Translations under genes and position numbers: made by a program | The notes under the pieces: generated by a model | Told to the model about the DNA's origin: nothing | Database searches by the model: none | What the model saw: only the letters and a program-made list of their open reading frames with translations | Shown: in pieces, positions 37,601-48,500 of the stretch | How positions within the stretch are numbered: position 1 is the stretch's first letter | Layout of the letters: each line of letters starts with the position of its first letter | DNA from: Hydrolagus affinis | Taxonomy: Eukaryota | Length of the DNA: 64,000 nt | Direction: 5' to 3' | Assembly: GCA_012026655.1 (NCBI GenBank) | Contig: JAAILG010001001.1 | Coordinates: 1-64,000, forward strand

Positions 37601-38554
37601 CAACAATAATTCATGTTATTCCTTCAAGTAGAGGACACTGACATTGTAAATTCATGCTATAACAATGCGAAAATCATATCCAATAATTTGTATTGTATAG
37701 AAACACTATATAAACGTATCACAATTCAGCGCTATGCAAGAATAATATTGACATTAAATGATATTGATATTATTGAAAATATTTGCCAAATTTGGAATAT
37801 ATGTATATGCAATACATGTATATTTGAATCTTCAATGTAGTACAAATGCATTTATTATTAATCGGCAACGCACATCTATATTAGTAGTGTTCAAAAAAGG
37901 AGACATGAACGGTTCAATCCTTCAGGTTTGTGCTTCTGATTGGTTGGAGTACCTGCCTTTAAGCATGTAAACTTGCTCCTACTGCCAAAGTAGAAGATAT
38001 CCACTGAGAGGAAAAAATAAATAACCATTGTTATTGCTGGAAGCAATTATTTAATGCTTGAAACAGTGAAGTAATTAGGATTAGGAGTTGATTTGTATTT
38101 CCTGCTCTGAATCACATTGATCAATAGAGATTCATGTTCATTGGGTTGAGATATTATCTAAGTGCAACTGAGCGAAAGCACAGAGCACCACTGACCAGTG
38201 TAAAATGCCACTTAGATTTTAACATAATTTAAATTATTTTAACATAATTTAAATTGTCCTTAGAAATGTTGTGAACAGTCTAACGGAAAATGCATGTTAA
38301 AATTATAACAGTGGACCACATTGCAAAATTTGATGGTTAAAAATTTGATTTATTGATGTTAATCACATCATGTGTACAACATGCTCTTCTCTTTCTTTGC
38401 AAACAGTACTTTGCCAAAATCTTCTTTATGAAAAATATTGGATTTTCACTTTCCATCTTGCATAACCTGTGTGGAACGGAATATATTCTTCAGCTCTCAA
38501 CCGTCCTTAAATCTCATGTTTGTGCTCTGATCTGCTCATCTGTCACCCACTCCA

Positions 38555-39162
38555 AAATATTGCTGATTTCTCACTTACCCTCTCCCATTGGGTTGCTGAG
38601 ATGCTAATCCATGCATTCATCACTTCCAGGATGGATTATGCCAACTCTGTTTGCTAGATAACCTGCCTCTTCACTTCCCAAACTGCAAACTATCCAAAAT
38701 TCGGCTGCTCATGTCCTTTCCTGCATTACGCTCCACAAGCCTCTGTCATGTCCATTCTTACTCAGCTCCACGTCTCCCAGTTGATTGACTGCAGGATTCT
38801 CATCCTTACCTTGAAATATCTCTGTAGTCTTGCCTCACCCTATTTCTATAACCTCCACAAACCCTACCATCTCAACCACTCCCTCCATTTATGGGCACCA
38901 CATGCTTCACATCCCTGCCCATCATCAGTTTTCAGTGTACATTCCCTCCAATCTGTGGAAAATCCCTTCTACTCGCTCCTTTCCACGCCTCCTTCAAGGT
39001 CTGCCTCAAGACCTTCTTCTTTGACTGTACTTTGGAAATCTTTCTTCCCCTCATCTCGCTTGGCCCCCACTTGCAGCTTGAGTGCAAACCCTGGAATGTT
39101 CAGCTATCTTGTGAGTTCCTTATGGCATGAAGGGTACTATATCAATGTAAGTGTTTATTGCA
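38555..39162 (+). mobile_element. decayed L2 LINE 3' fragment
   Basis: AEMLIHAFITSRMDYAN, IQNSAAHVLS, SFKVCLKTFFFD; tail catgaagggtactatatcaatgtaagtg. Confidence 0.82.
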
Positions 39163-39331
39163 AAAACGCAAACTACTGCAGTTGCTGGAAATCTGAAACA
39201 AAAACAGAAATCGCTGGGAACACTCAGCAGATCAGGTAGCATCTATGGAGAAAAGAAAAGTGAGTCACTTTTTGTTTCTCTATAGATGCTGCCTGACCTG
39301 CTGAGTGTTCCCAGCGATTTCTGTTTTTGTT
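39163..39331. mobile_element. Penelope-like fold-back mini-element: 33-nt leader plus a 137-bp inverted repeat, with a 15-bp target-site duplication
   Basis: arms 39196-39263 and 39265-39332 differ at 5 of 68 positions; taagtgtttattgca at 39148-39162 and 39332-39346; arm homologous to 5045-5105 and 5345-5410. Confidence 0.85.
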
Positions 39332-40537
39332 TAAGTGTTTATTGCATTGTATAAACGTACTTTCCTTTTAATATGCATGTATTTACTGTGGATTTTTCAC
39401 TCTTAAGTAAAGAAAACCAAAACAACAACAACTTGCATTGATATAATGCCTTTCAGGAACAATTGAGAAAATCTGTTAATTGCGGAAAATTAAAGAAATG
39501 GATTTGATACATTAACTATGACTTATTACCAGGAACTAATTATTACAAATACCAGGAGCCATTTACTCTGCGGAGCTTCCCAAAAGCCAGCCAAGTATGA
39601 AAGAGCCCATTTTGCTCCCCGGCCCTATTTTTTTTGTACTTCACTGTTTTTCGGGAAAGTCACACAAAAAAAAGACTTCTTGTATATTCAAACCAGGCTG
39701 CATAATTAATGCAACGCATCAGTCTGTGAATACACCTAATTAGATCCTATTTTTTTAAAAATTCTGGTCATTTGCGAAAAAAATTGCTTGAATAAATGGA
39801 ATTTATGAGTAGTAAAATTGCAGTAAATGTAACCTCAATGTACCAGATCAACAATTTATTTGTAACAAGGGAGCAATGTTATTGATCACTGACTTAAAAA
39901 GTGCACATATAGCTTTGCAATGGGAAGAGCAGCCCCTGGCTAAACTTTCGCAATCTTCAGTTGGTCTGCAATTGATTACACAAAAACATTTTCCTGTTCA
40001 GGTTGTTACAAAATCCAATAGTTTTAAGCAGGAAACAAACAATCTGTAATCCTAAAAGCTACTGTAATACAGTGAAGCATGATGACTCACTAACCAGTGA
40101 TCACACTTTGTAAGTGACACTGGATTTAACTCTCTGATCAAAACGTTTGGTTTGTTCATTTTCGTTTCTCACTTACTGACCATGACTTTTTTAATTCAAA
40201 GCTTATTTCAGGCTCAGTGTAATAGAAAGGGCTCTTGAAATTTCTCTTAAGGTTCCTGATTCCTTCATTCTTATCATCCCTAAAATATAATATTTATATT
40301 TGTTATATTGCAGTGGTGACCAACTGGAAGCCTGTCGGGCTGCCAATAAATCAAACCCCTAACATTCGCACAAATCTAGGCAAGTCCATGTTCAATCAGA
40401 TGCGTGTTTTCAGTTTTTCCTTGATTGATTATTTCTTGATTTGTGGCATGAATCAAGAAATATCCAATTAAGAAAATGTATTTTGTACATACGAGACTGG
40501 TTGCCTCATAGGGTATACTATGAAGTCCGGCAGTTGT

Positions 40538-40855
40538 GGAATCCTGAAGCTCAGAGGTTAGAGCACTCGCCCCACAGTAAGAGATCTGGAATCAATTCTC
40601 GACAGGGCAAAACAATGGGCAAGTTTCCTTACTCCACATGCCAAACAAAAATCTCTCTCAAAAAAAGTAATAAATTAGTCACTTCAATCCACGACTGTTT
40701 GTGAGACACTGCTGTACGCAATTGGTTGCTGCGTTTTGCCCCAAAATACACAGTCAATTCAATTTACCATATATTCTGTGAAGCGCTTTGAGACACCTAG
40801 AAGGTGTGAAAAGCGCTATATCAAGTGCAAGGATTATTACTATTATTATTATTAT
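40538..40855 (+). mobile_element. tRNA-derived SINE (young family), full length
   Basis: ggaatcctgaagctcagaggttagagcactcgcc...aattggttgctgcgttttgccc...aagcgctttgagacacctagaaggtgtgaaaagcgctatatcaagtgcaaggattattac(tat)n. Confidence 0.9.
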
Positions 40856-40881
40856 ACTATAAAGTATAATTATAGTATAAT

Positions 40882-41747
40882 GGCTGGATGAGCACAAATT
40901 TCTTGCAGCTGAATGTTGACAAGACGGAGGCCATACTCCTTGGCTCTCGTCAATGTCTCCATTCGCACGGCTCTCACCTCCTCCACCTTCCCGGCCTGCC
41001 CCTAAAACTCACCGAACCTGCGCGCAACCTTGGCATCAGGTTCGACCCCCAACTGTCCTTCCTCCCCCACATCCGGTCCGTCACCAGCACTGCCTTCTAC
41101 CACCTCCGACGGATCGCCCTTCTCCGGCAATAGCTCACCTTAAAAGCTGCCGAAACCTTGGTCCACGCCTTTGTCAACTTTTGGCTGGATTACTGCAATG
41201 CCCTCCTCGCTGGTCTCCCCTCCACCACAATCCACAAAATCCAGCTTATCCAAAACTCTGCTGCCCGCATACTCACCCGCTCTAAGCTTCGCTCCCCCAT
41301 TACCCCAATCCTTGCCAAACTTCACTGGCTCCCTATCCCAGAGAGGATCGACTTCAAGATCCTCACCCTTTTTTTCAAATCCCTCCACTCCTCTGCACCC
41401 CCCTATCTCTATGATCTCCTCTCCCCACAACCCAGCACCCGCTGCCTTCAATCCTCTGGGTCTGGCCTCCTCCATGTCCCCCGAGTCCTCCGCTCCACCC
41501 TTGGTGGCCGTGCCTTTAGCCACTACTCCCCGAGGCTCTGGAACTCCCTTCCTCACTCGCTTCGCCTCGCCCCCTCTCTTCCCAGTTTCAGGTCACAGTT
41601 GAAGACCTTTCTCTTAGACCGAGCTTTTGGTCACCTTCCTGCCCCTGCTCCTGGCTCGGTCCCGGGATCCGCTACTGTGAAGTGCTCTGAGACGCCTTCT
41701 GGCGTGGAGGGTGCTATATAAATCGAAGTTGTTGTTGTTCTTGTTGT
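40882..41747 (+). mobile_element. L2 LINE 3' fragment, relatively young (ORF2 frame 40888-41721 with one in-frame TAG at 41131)
   Basis: WMSTNFLQLNVDKTEAILL...ARNLGIRFDPQLSF...LDYCNALL...LHWLPIPERIDFKIL...GGRAFS...LKTFL; (gtt)n tail. Confidence 0.95.
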
Positions 41748-41854
41748 AATTGATGGTCTGAATATCTTCACCTGCCACTTAATGACAGCTTCTTTGCCCA
41801 AGTTAGTAAATCTCAGATTGGTTACACAGATGTGCCAAAATTGGTGATAATACT

Positions 41855-42140
41855 AATGTTTGCCAAACAGTAAGTAGGAATCCAGTTGTTTGTTAATTAG
41901 CAGATTGCTTTTTGGTATAATAATTCCTTTAATATTGTTGTGCGCAATTTGGCTGCCGCATTTCGCCCACAAATATACAATCAATTTTCCTACTTTCCTT
42001 CCCCCAGCCACAACCCCTCCTCCCCCCTCTGCTCTGGTCCCAACCTTGGGACATTGTTGTATTCTGTAAAGCGCTTTGAGACGTCGATAAGATGTGGAAA
42101 GCGCTATATAAACTTAAGGATTATTATTAGTATTATTTTT
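41855..42140 (+). mobile_element. SINE long variant, 5'-truncated
   Basis: cagtaagtaggaatccagttgtttgttaattagcagattgc...aatttggctgccgcatttcgcccacaaatatac...aagcgctttgagacgtcgataagatgtggaaagcgctatat. Confidence 0.75.
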
Positions 42141-43001
42141 ATTAAAGTGGAGTGAATTGTATGGATGAATGTGGCAGCCAACTTGCAAACAGCAAACCAG
42201 CAATGAAGTGAATGACCAATTTTTTGGGAAGAGTACATGTTAAACTGCTTCTATTGTACACACTGGTGTCAGCAATAATATCAGAAGAGATGGCCATCAC
42301 TTATTTATGAGTTTGAGTCATTATTGAGGTGGTCTTATATGTCTCTGACTTGAAAAAACAGCTGAAAGATTTTGCCATCGTCTGTGAAATTTGATGTGAA
42401 ATTCGTCTGTGAAAGTAGATCAATAAAAATAGAACTTCAAGCTCATTTTGAAATTGGGAGCAATCAAAATAAAAGCTTGAGTGTTGTGTTTGATTACGGT
42501 GGTGGAGGAAATAAAACATAAGAGCTAAGAAATCATAAAACAATGAAATGAAAGGCATTTGGGAACATCTTTATGTTCATTGTAGCAAACAACAACAACA
42601 AAATTACATTTAGTATAGTGCCTTTCACATCTGGAGGAAATCCTTAGGCACTGGCAGTCAGTATTCTGGATCGAAACTGGGAGTAGGGATTGGGGAGGGT
42701 GGAAAAATGGAGGGGACCGATGGCACGGTTGAAGAGGTGGGTCTTGAGCCGGGAATGGACATGTTGGTAGGGAGTTACAGAGGTGGGGGGACGAGGAGGA
42801 AGGTCATGGAGGACTATGAAGGTGAGGAGCAGGATCTTAGACTGTATCCTCTCTGTATCATCTGTGTGATGGGAAGCCAGTGGAGTCAGGCGAGGGTGGG
42901 GGTGATATGGTCATGCAGCCTAGTGTGGGACAGGACAGGCTGCAGAGTTCTGGATAATCTGCAGTCTATGGAGGGAGGAGTTGGGGAAGCCAATAAGCAG
43001 G

Positions 43002-43101
43002 NNNNNNNNNNNNNNNNNNNNNNNNNNNNNNNNNNNNNNNNNNNNNNNNNNNNNNNNNNNNNNNNNNNNNNNNNNNNNNNNNNNNNNNNNNNNNNNNNNN
43101 N
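43002..43101. other. assembly gap (100 N)
   Basis: run of N; probably hides the rest of the SINE whose head emerges at 43102. Confidence 0.99.
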
Positions 43102-43148
43102 CCAGCTTGCAAGACAAGTGCTCTAACCACTGAGCCACAGGAACTCCA
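43102..43148 (-). mobile_element. tRNA-derived SINE head (remainder in the gap)
   Basis: ccagcttgcaagacaagtgctctaaccactgagccacaggaactcc, nearly identical to 55067-55112. Confidence 0.85.
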
Positions 43149-45344
43149 CAAGTTTGAATAGTCAAGCCTGGATGTTATGAATGCATGAGTTAAACATCCA
43201 TTTGCATTACTAAAATTCAACTCATTTATACAGTATAATATGCACACTCAGAATTTGCATTGCAGGCACTAAATTATCATTATCCTAAAACATATATCGA
43301 GTTATCTTATTGCATTTCACAGATATTTGTTGTATGCTGTGTCTTTGTAGACTAACACGCAGACAGTACGACCCCACAAATATCCATGTAGTGAATAACT
43401 AATTTATGTGGAAGATTGTTGGCTAAGATAATGGAAGAAAGTTCCTGTGATTTTTGTCTTTTTTGGATTACGATAATGCATCATAAAATAACACTGAGAT
43501 AGTTTGTTAGTTAGGCATTTGTCGATCAAACACCCTTCTCTACATGCACTTTTTTTTTGGAGGCAAGGGGGCAGCTCAAGCTCAACTTACTGGCACAAGC
43601 AACATTGTTGAATTCATCAGCAGAAATGGAGATAGCAGATGAATGAAAAGCTTGGTTATGTGTTTCCAGTCTCAGGATTGGAATTGTCTGCACATTTTCA
43701 ATGGCCAAATGCTTTCTATGATTCCAGCAGCATTTCTTACTCCAATGTTTGAGTTGGGAATCATTGGGTGTTTGAGTTAGGAATCTGGTTTCGATGTGAG
43801 GCCAACTGAAGCATATGTCTTGTTACTGAACCCTCACAAGAGTCCTGAAAGTATCTAGTGTATTGTGAAGCCAGCATGGAAATAGTTTTGTCCATGGGAG
43901 CAACTATGGTTAAAAGAATGTCATACAATTCAAGATGTTAAATTTGTGTAAATGCACAATTCAGGACAGATGGGTGAATAAAAGTTTAAGAAGTGCTAAA
44001 TGTAATGTTTTGTTTTTGCATTTGTTACTATTGTTTTTATTTTGTTCACAACAAAGAGATAACCTCTTCCTCTGGGCACAATCAAAGACTCAAGATGATT
44101 CATCTCTGTGGATGTACTGGTTGAATTTGATGGATCATTTTAAAAAGCAACACTGCTAATCTTCAGGTTTTCTTTTTTAAGTTATTCACAGATCAGTGAG
44201 TTTTCCGGTTAATACAGGGCCTGATGCTCTTCTGTCTGTGCACATGGTATTCATCATGTCTTGACAAGAAAAGACCTTCAGTCTACAAATAACCTTCAGC
44301 ACAGTTAGATGTGCAACCACACTCTTTAAATAAAATAGATTCTATAACTGGATAATAACTATAATAAGATTCTTCTCTGTGAGTAAATATTTCTTGACAA
44401 GATTTGTATTGTATGATAGTGTTACGTGATACCTACTGTATTAACTTTTTATGCCTATCTCTCAATATATCCAGTTGCATTCAAATTTTTTTTAACATTA
44501 CTAAAACACTCAAATAAGCAAAGATCACTGCTTTGCATACATACTTCAATATATTATTTGTCATGATTGTAAAATCTAATCTTGAAAAAAAAACACTGCA
44601 ATATACAGGATTCTACAGTGATAGGCTATCACCAAAAAATGAAAAGAAAACTGTGTTATTTTCATTTGTAATTTTGTATTTCACAATTCTGTGATTCATT
44701 TATTAGCTGCGATGGCCTAATTCATAATGACAAGTACATGGTCTCACTCTTCCAAGGATAGAGCTTTCTACTCAAAGTGTGTGAATTAATCAGTAAACTT
44801 TCCCTGGGATTTTATTCACCCTGCTCACTCAGAAATGCGTTGATACAAATTTAAAGCCCTCCATAGAAATTAAACTAAATGTTTTAATGAAACATCTGAA
44901 GTGTGCAGCACAAATTTCTCTCTGCCTCTGACAATCTCAATAGGTACAGTACTACTTTGCTGATGTTGTCATTTCTTTCTTTATTTCCTTCTCTCTGTCC
45001 ACAAAAATGACCATTTGCCAATTAGTCACAGCAGTGTTGTTAAAAGATTGTTAAAAGTATTTTTTTTAGAGACAGGATGAATTTTAACCCTCCTTGGTTG
45101 ATAACCCTGGGAAAACATTTTTCGACACAGGTGGGGAAGCAGCTTTGAGACCTGAAGACGAACAAACCAGTTACCTGAAGAGGGGTGCTCCACCTGCTGG
45201 TAGTCACCAAACATTCCTTAAATATAATTATCCTCACAATTGATGTTGCACCTTATTACGTCACCATAAGATCCCAGTACGCATCACAGGATTTATTGTA
45301 ATGTGTAGTGACTGCATTTGCATTTATAAATAAACTAAAGTGTC

Positions 45345-45750
45345 CAGCAACTGTTGGCTCTATTGGTAGCGCTCTTGCCTCTAACACAGATTGTTGTGGA
45401 TTCACGCCTCACATCAGGACTTTGAAGGCTAACACTCTAGTGTGTGCTGCAATGTTGAGGGTGCTGTCCTTTGAATATTGGAAGTTAGAAATTCACTGCA
45501 CTATTAAAAATGAGAAGGAAGTTTTTCTTGGTGTCTTGGACATCAATCCCCACTACATTTTATTGTTCACTTCATGGCTATTTGTAGGACATTTATGATT
45601 GCAAATTGGCTACCATGTTTGCCTATAGATATCCAGATTACAATATATTTGTTTACAGTTACAGTTTCTACTGCACTTTGCAGTAAAGCATTTTTCAGAC
45701 ATGCTAATATTGTGATAAGGCACTATACCAAATGCAAATTATTAGTATTA
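45345..45750 (+). mobile_element. old Deu-domain SINE
   Basis: ttggctctattggtagcgctcttgcctctaacacagattgttgtggattca...tgcaaattggctaccatgtttgcc...gataaggcactataccaaatgcaaattatt. Confidence 0.72.
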
Positions 45751-46916
45751 TGCAGCAGCCAATTGATTTTATTTCCATTCACTACAGTTTTGGCAGGAAG
45801 GAAATCTATTTAGATTGAGCAATTCCCAATATAAGTAAACTCTTATTTCTTCCAGTAGGGTATATACTGAATAGTACAATATACAATAGTTAAAATTTAT
45901 ACTACACTTTCACTTTGCAAGGACTTCACAAAGCGCTTAATGCCAGATGACATTTTGAAAGTTTAAAAAATAGTTGATAGTGGGATAAACAATTCAGTAA
46001 TTTACCAACCATATTGTGGGCCCTACAGAACTGTCGATGCAGAACAGCTTTCTGACCAGAGGAATGCGCCTTTCTGCTGATCATTTTACAAAATACAACT
46101 ACAAAATTACATTACCTTTCACTTCAGGAGGACATCCCATAGCACTGTTTTAAAAGACTCTTCCACTGCTTTCAGCTTCTGTCCTTCAAAAGCAAACAGC
46201 TCTTAACACCTCCTCTCAGGGTGCTCATCCGAATTCCTATTCTCTGGCTTTACTAGTCACTATTTTACTACCAGACATGTGAATAAATAAGCTCCTAATT
46301 ATGTTACTGTTCCTAATCGCGAGTCCTAATGAATCTTGATCAAAATTTCTCCCAGCTTGAAAGACTGGCCAGATAGCTCCTACACCTAGAGGCAGTGATT
46401 AAAATGCTGTTTCTTTTTCCTGCAGACTTCAAAATAGAAGTGTTACCTAGAAAATCTAAAGCAATCGAGCAAGGGTTCAGGTCAGTCTGATATCTCCTCT
46501 ACCTAGATTGATTGCATCGCAGGATTGTCATGGAACCATACTTAACACATTTGTCACATGCATGTCAGTAATATAAGTTGTACAAATGCTATATTCATAA
46601 TCCTTAGATCATTTTTTCTTTGGCAGAGCAGCACAGGTTATCCAGTTCTCAAGAAGCTCTTTAATGTACAATATGTTGAAGACTTTAATAACTGTTTTTA
46701 GATAAAGGATGGGTGCATGATGGAATTGAATGTGCAGATAATGGGAACTGTTTTAGACTGAAGGACCACTTACAGGAAAGTGTGGACATGAATCTATCGG
46801 AATAAAGCTAATGAAAATGTCTACAAAACTAATGTGGTGATTGAGATTCATTTTAGCTAGAATCGGGAAGAGAGAGGGAATGCTTTGATAGATAAGCCTG
46901 TGGTTGATCAGATCAC

Positions 46917-47340
46917 AACAACGACAAAATTACCCTTGTATTGCGCCTTTCACATTGGGAGGACATCCCAAGGTGCTGGACTGTCAATGTTTCAGACCCG
47001 AGCTGAGGTAGGGAACGGGGAGGGTGAAGAGAAAGGAGGGGATTTGGGGTGACTAATGCAGCCGTCGAAGAGGAGGGTCTTGAGGAGGAATTTGAAGGAG
47101 GCTAGGGAGGGGGTGAAGGGAAGGGGCTGCGGGATGGAATTCCAGAGGTATGGGGCAGAATGGCTGAAGATTCGCCCGCCGATGAAGGGGCGGGTGGGTC
47201 AGGGGACACGGAGCAGGTTGGAGGGCTGCTGAGCAGAGGGGGCGAGCAGATTGATAGGGAGTTAGGAAATCACAGAGGTGGGTTGGGGCAAAACGATAGA
47301 GGGCTTTGAAGGCGAACAACAACATGAAGCTGAATGGATC
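46917..47340 (-). mobile_element. L2 LINE 3' fragment
   Basis: tail gcgcctttcacattgggaggacatcccaagg; ORF 47053..47325(-) LLFAFKALYRFAPTHLCDFLTPY. Confidence 0.88.
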
Positions 47341-47714
47341 AGTAACATAGACATTGGTGCATGCTTAGTGAATAATCCTTGCATTTATTCCTTTCACTAT
47401 GGGAGGATGTCTCAGGTATTACTGTGAAGTAGAGTGACTGATAGTCTAATGAGTCGTTATGCTAAGACCAAACGTCGTCTTTTCCAGCCCAATGTTACTT
47501 ATAACCTGACATCTGAGAGCAAAGTATGGTGATCCCTGCCTGGTTTCATGAATTAACCAACAGTAATTCTGAGTTGTAAATAAGTACCTCTGCCAGAAAC
47601 AAGAGGTGTAATTCCAACCATTAGGGATTCGATACTAAGGTGCTCAAAAATAAGTCTCTGCTTGACATTTCTTATTGATGGGAATCGCTTTGTGTATTTC
47701 AGAATCTATTATAA

Positions 47715-47960
47715 AATAATAATCTTGCAATAATCACTGGATTTACCTAGAAATTGAGTGATTCTGTACTTGTAAACAAATGGGGCAGCACAATTGCACA
47801 TAGCAATGGCTCACAAATAGCTATCAAATGAATGACCAATTTTACTTTTAGGATTATTTGCCAGTACACCAGGAGAAACTCTCTGGTCTTTTTGAATAGC
47901 ACCATTGGATCTTTAATGTCCATCCGAACAGGTAGATGAGATCTCAGTTTGTTATACTTC
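47715..47960 (-). mobile_element. old Deu-domain SINE fragment
   Basis: gcagcacaattgcacatagcaatggctcacaaatagc...ccagtacaccaggagaaactc...tgaatagcaccattggatctttaatgtccatccgaacagg. Confidence 0.68.
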
Positions 47961-48404
47961 CTGTGCAAAACCAGTTTTTGCATTCATTCCATGATTTTTT
48001 ATCTTCTAGGATCTCATATAGGGAACTTTATTGTGAAAGGCACTTTACAAATGTAATTTTGTTGTTGTTTATCAAATGCCTTATGAACATTCAAGTAAAT
48101 TATATCCAGTGGATATTGTACATCCATTTGTTTGTGATTGCCTCAAAAATGTCAGTGTGTGTCTATATTGCTACCTAAATCCATGTCCAATTAAAAAAAT
48201 AAAAATAAATAAATAATACTTGGAATGATATAGCGTTTATGTCAACAAAATGTTTCAAAGTAATTCACAGGATTACCGTAGAGGGTAGTGACTGAATATT
48301 GCAGGTGAATTCCAGTAATCATTTGCGTTAACTATAGGTAGTTGATTTCAAATTTTCTCAATTGTTACATGTTAACATTGTATTCCAATCAAATTTTCCT
48401 CATC

Positions 48405-48500
48405 TCGTGTATATGGACACTGACAAATTTCAAGAAGTGTAGTCAAACAAAGACTTGCTTGACCTCCTGTCCTCTGTGTTCATGATCCAGTTCTCAGGCC
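48405..48500 (+). mobile_element. possible Gypsy/Ty3 pol remnant (RT-RNaseH connection)
   Basis: frameshifted translation IWT...FQEV / VKQRLA*PPVLCVHDPVL resembles the W.W....AF..LK..L...PVL..YDP pattern; by-eye match only. Confidence 0.4.

Larger units (their letters stand above)
42588..43200 (-). mobile_element. L2 LINE 3' fragment crossing the gap, with a SINE inserted in it
   Basis: (aac)n tail at 42588; minus-strand LHRLQIIQNSAA before the gap and HAFITSRLDYSN after 43149. Confidence 0.82.

Noticed and set aside
38216-38255. 20-bp tandem duplication attttaacataatttaaatt and similar small duplications (26093-26115, 61080-61110)
   Set aside because: Ordinary replication-slippage duplications with no sign of function
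30850-40855. Inverted SINE pairs as dsRNA, editing or circRNA substrates
   Set aside because: Expected from SINE density, and there is no evidence of a transcript or an enclosed exon
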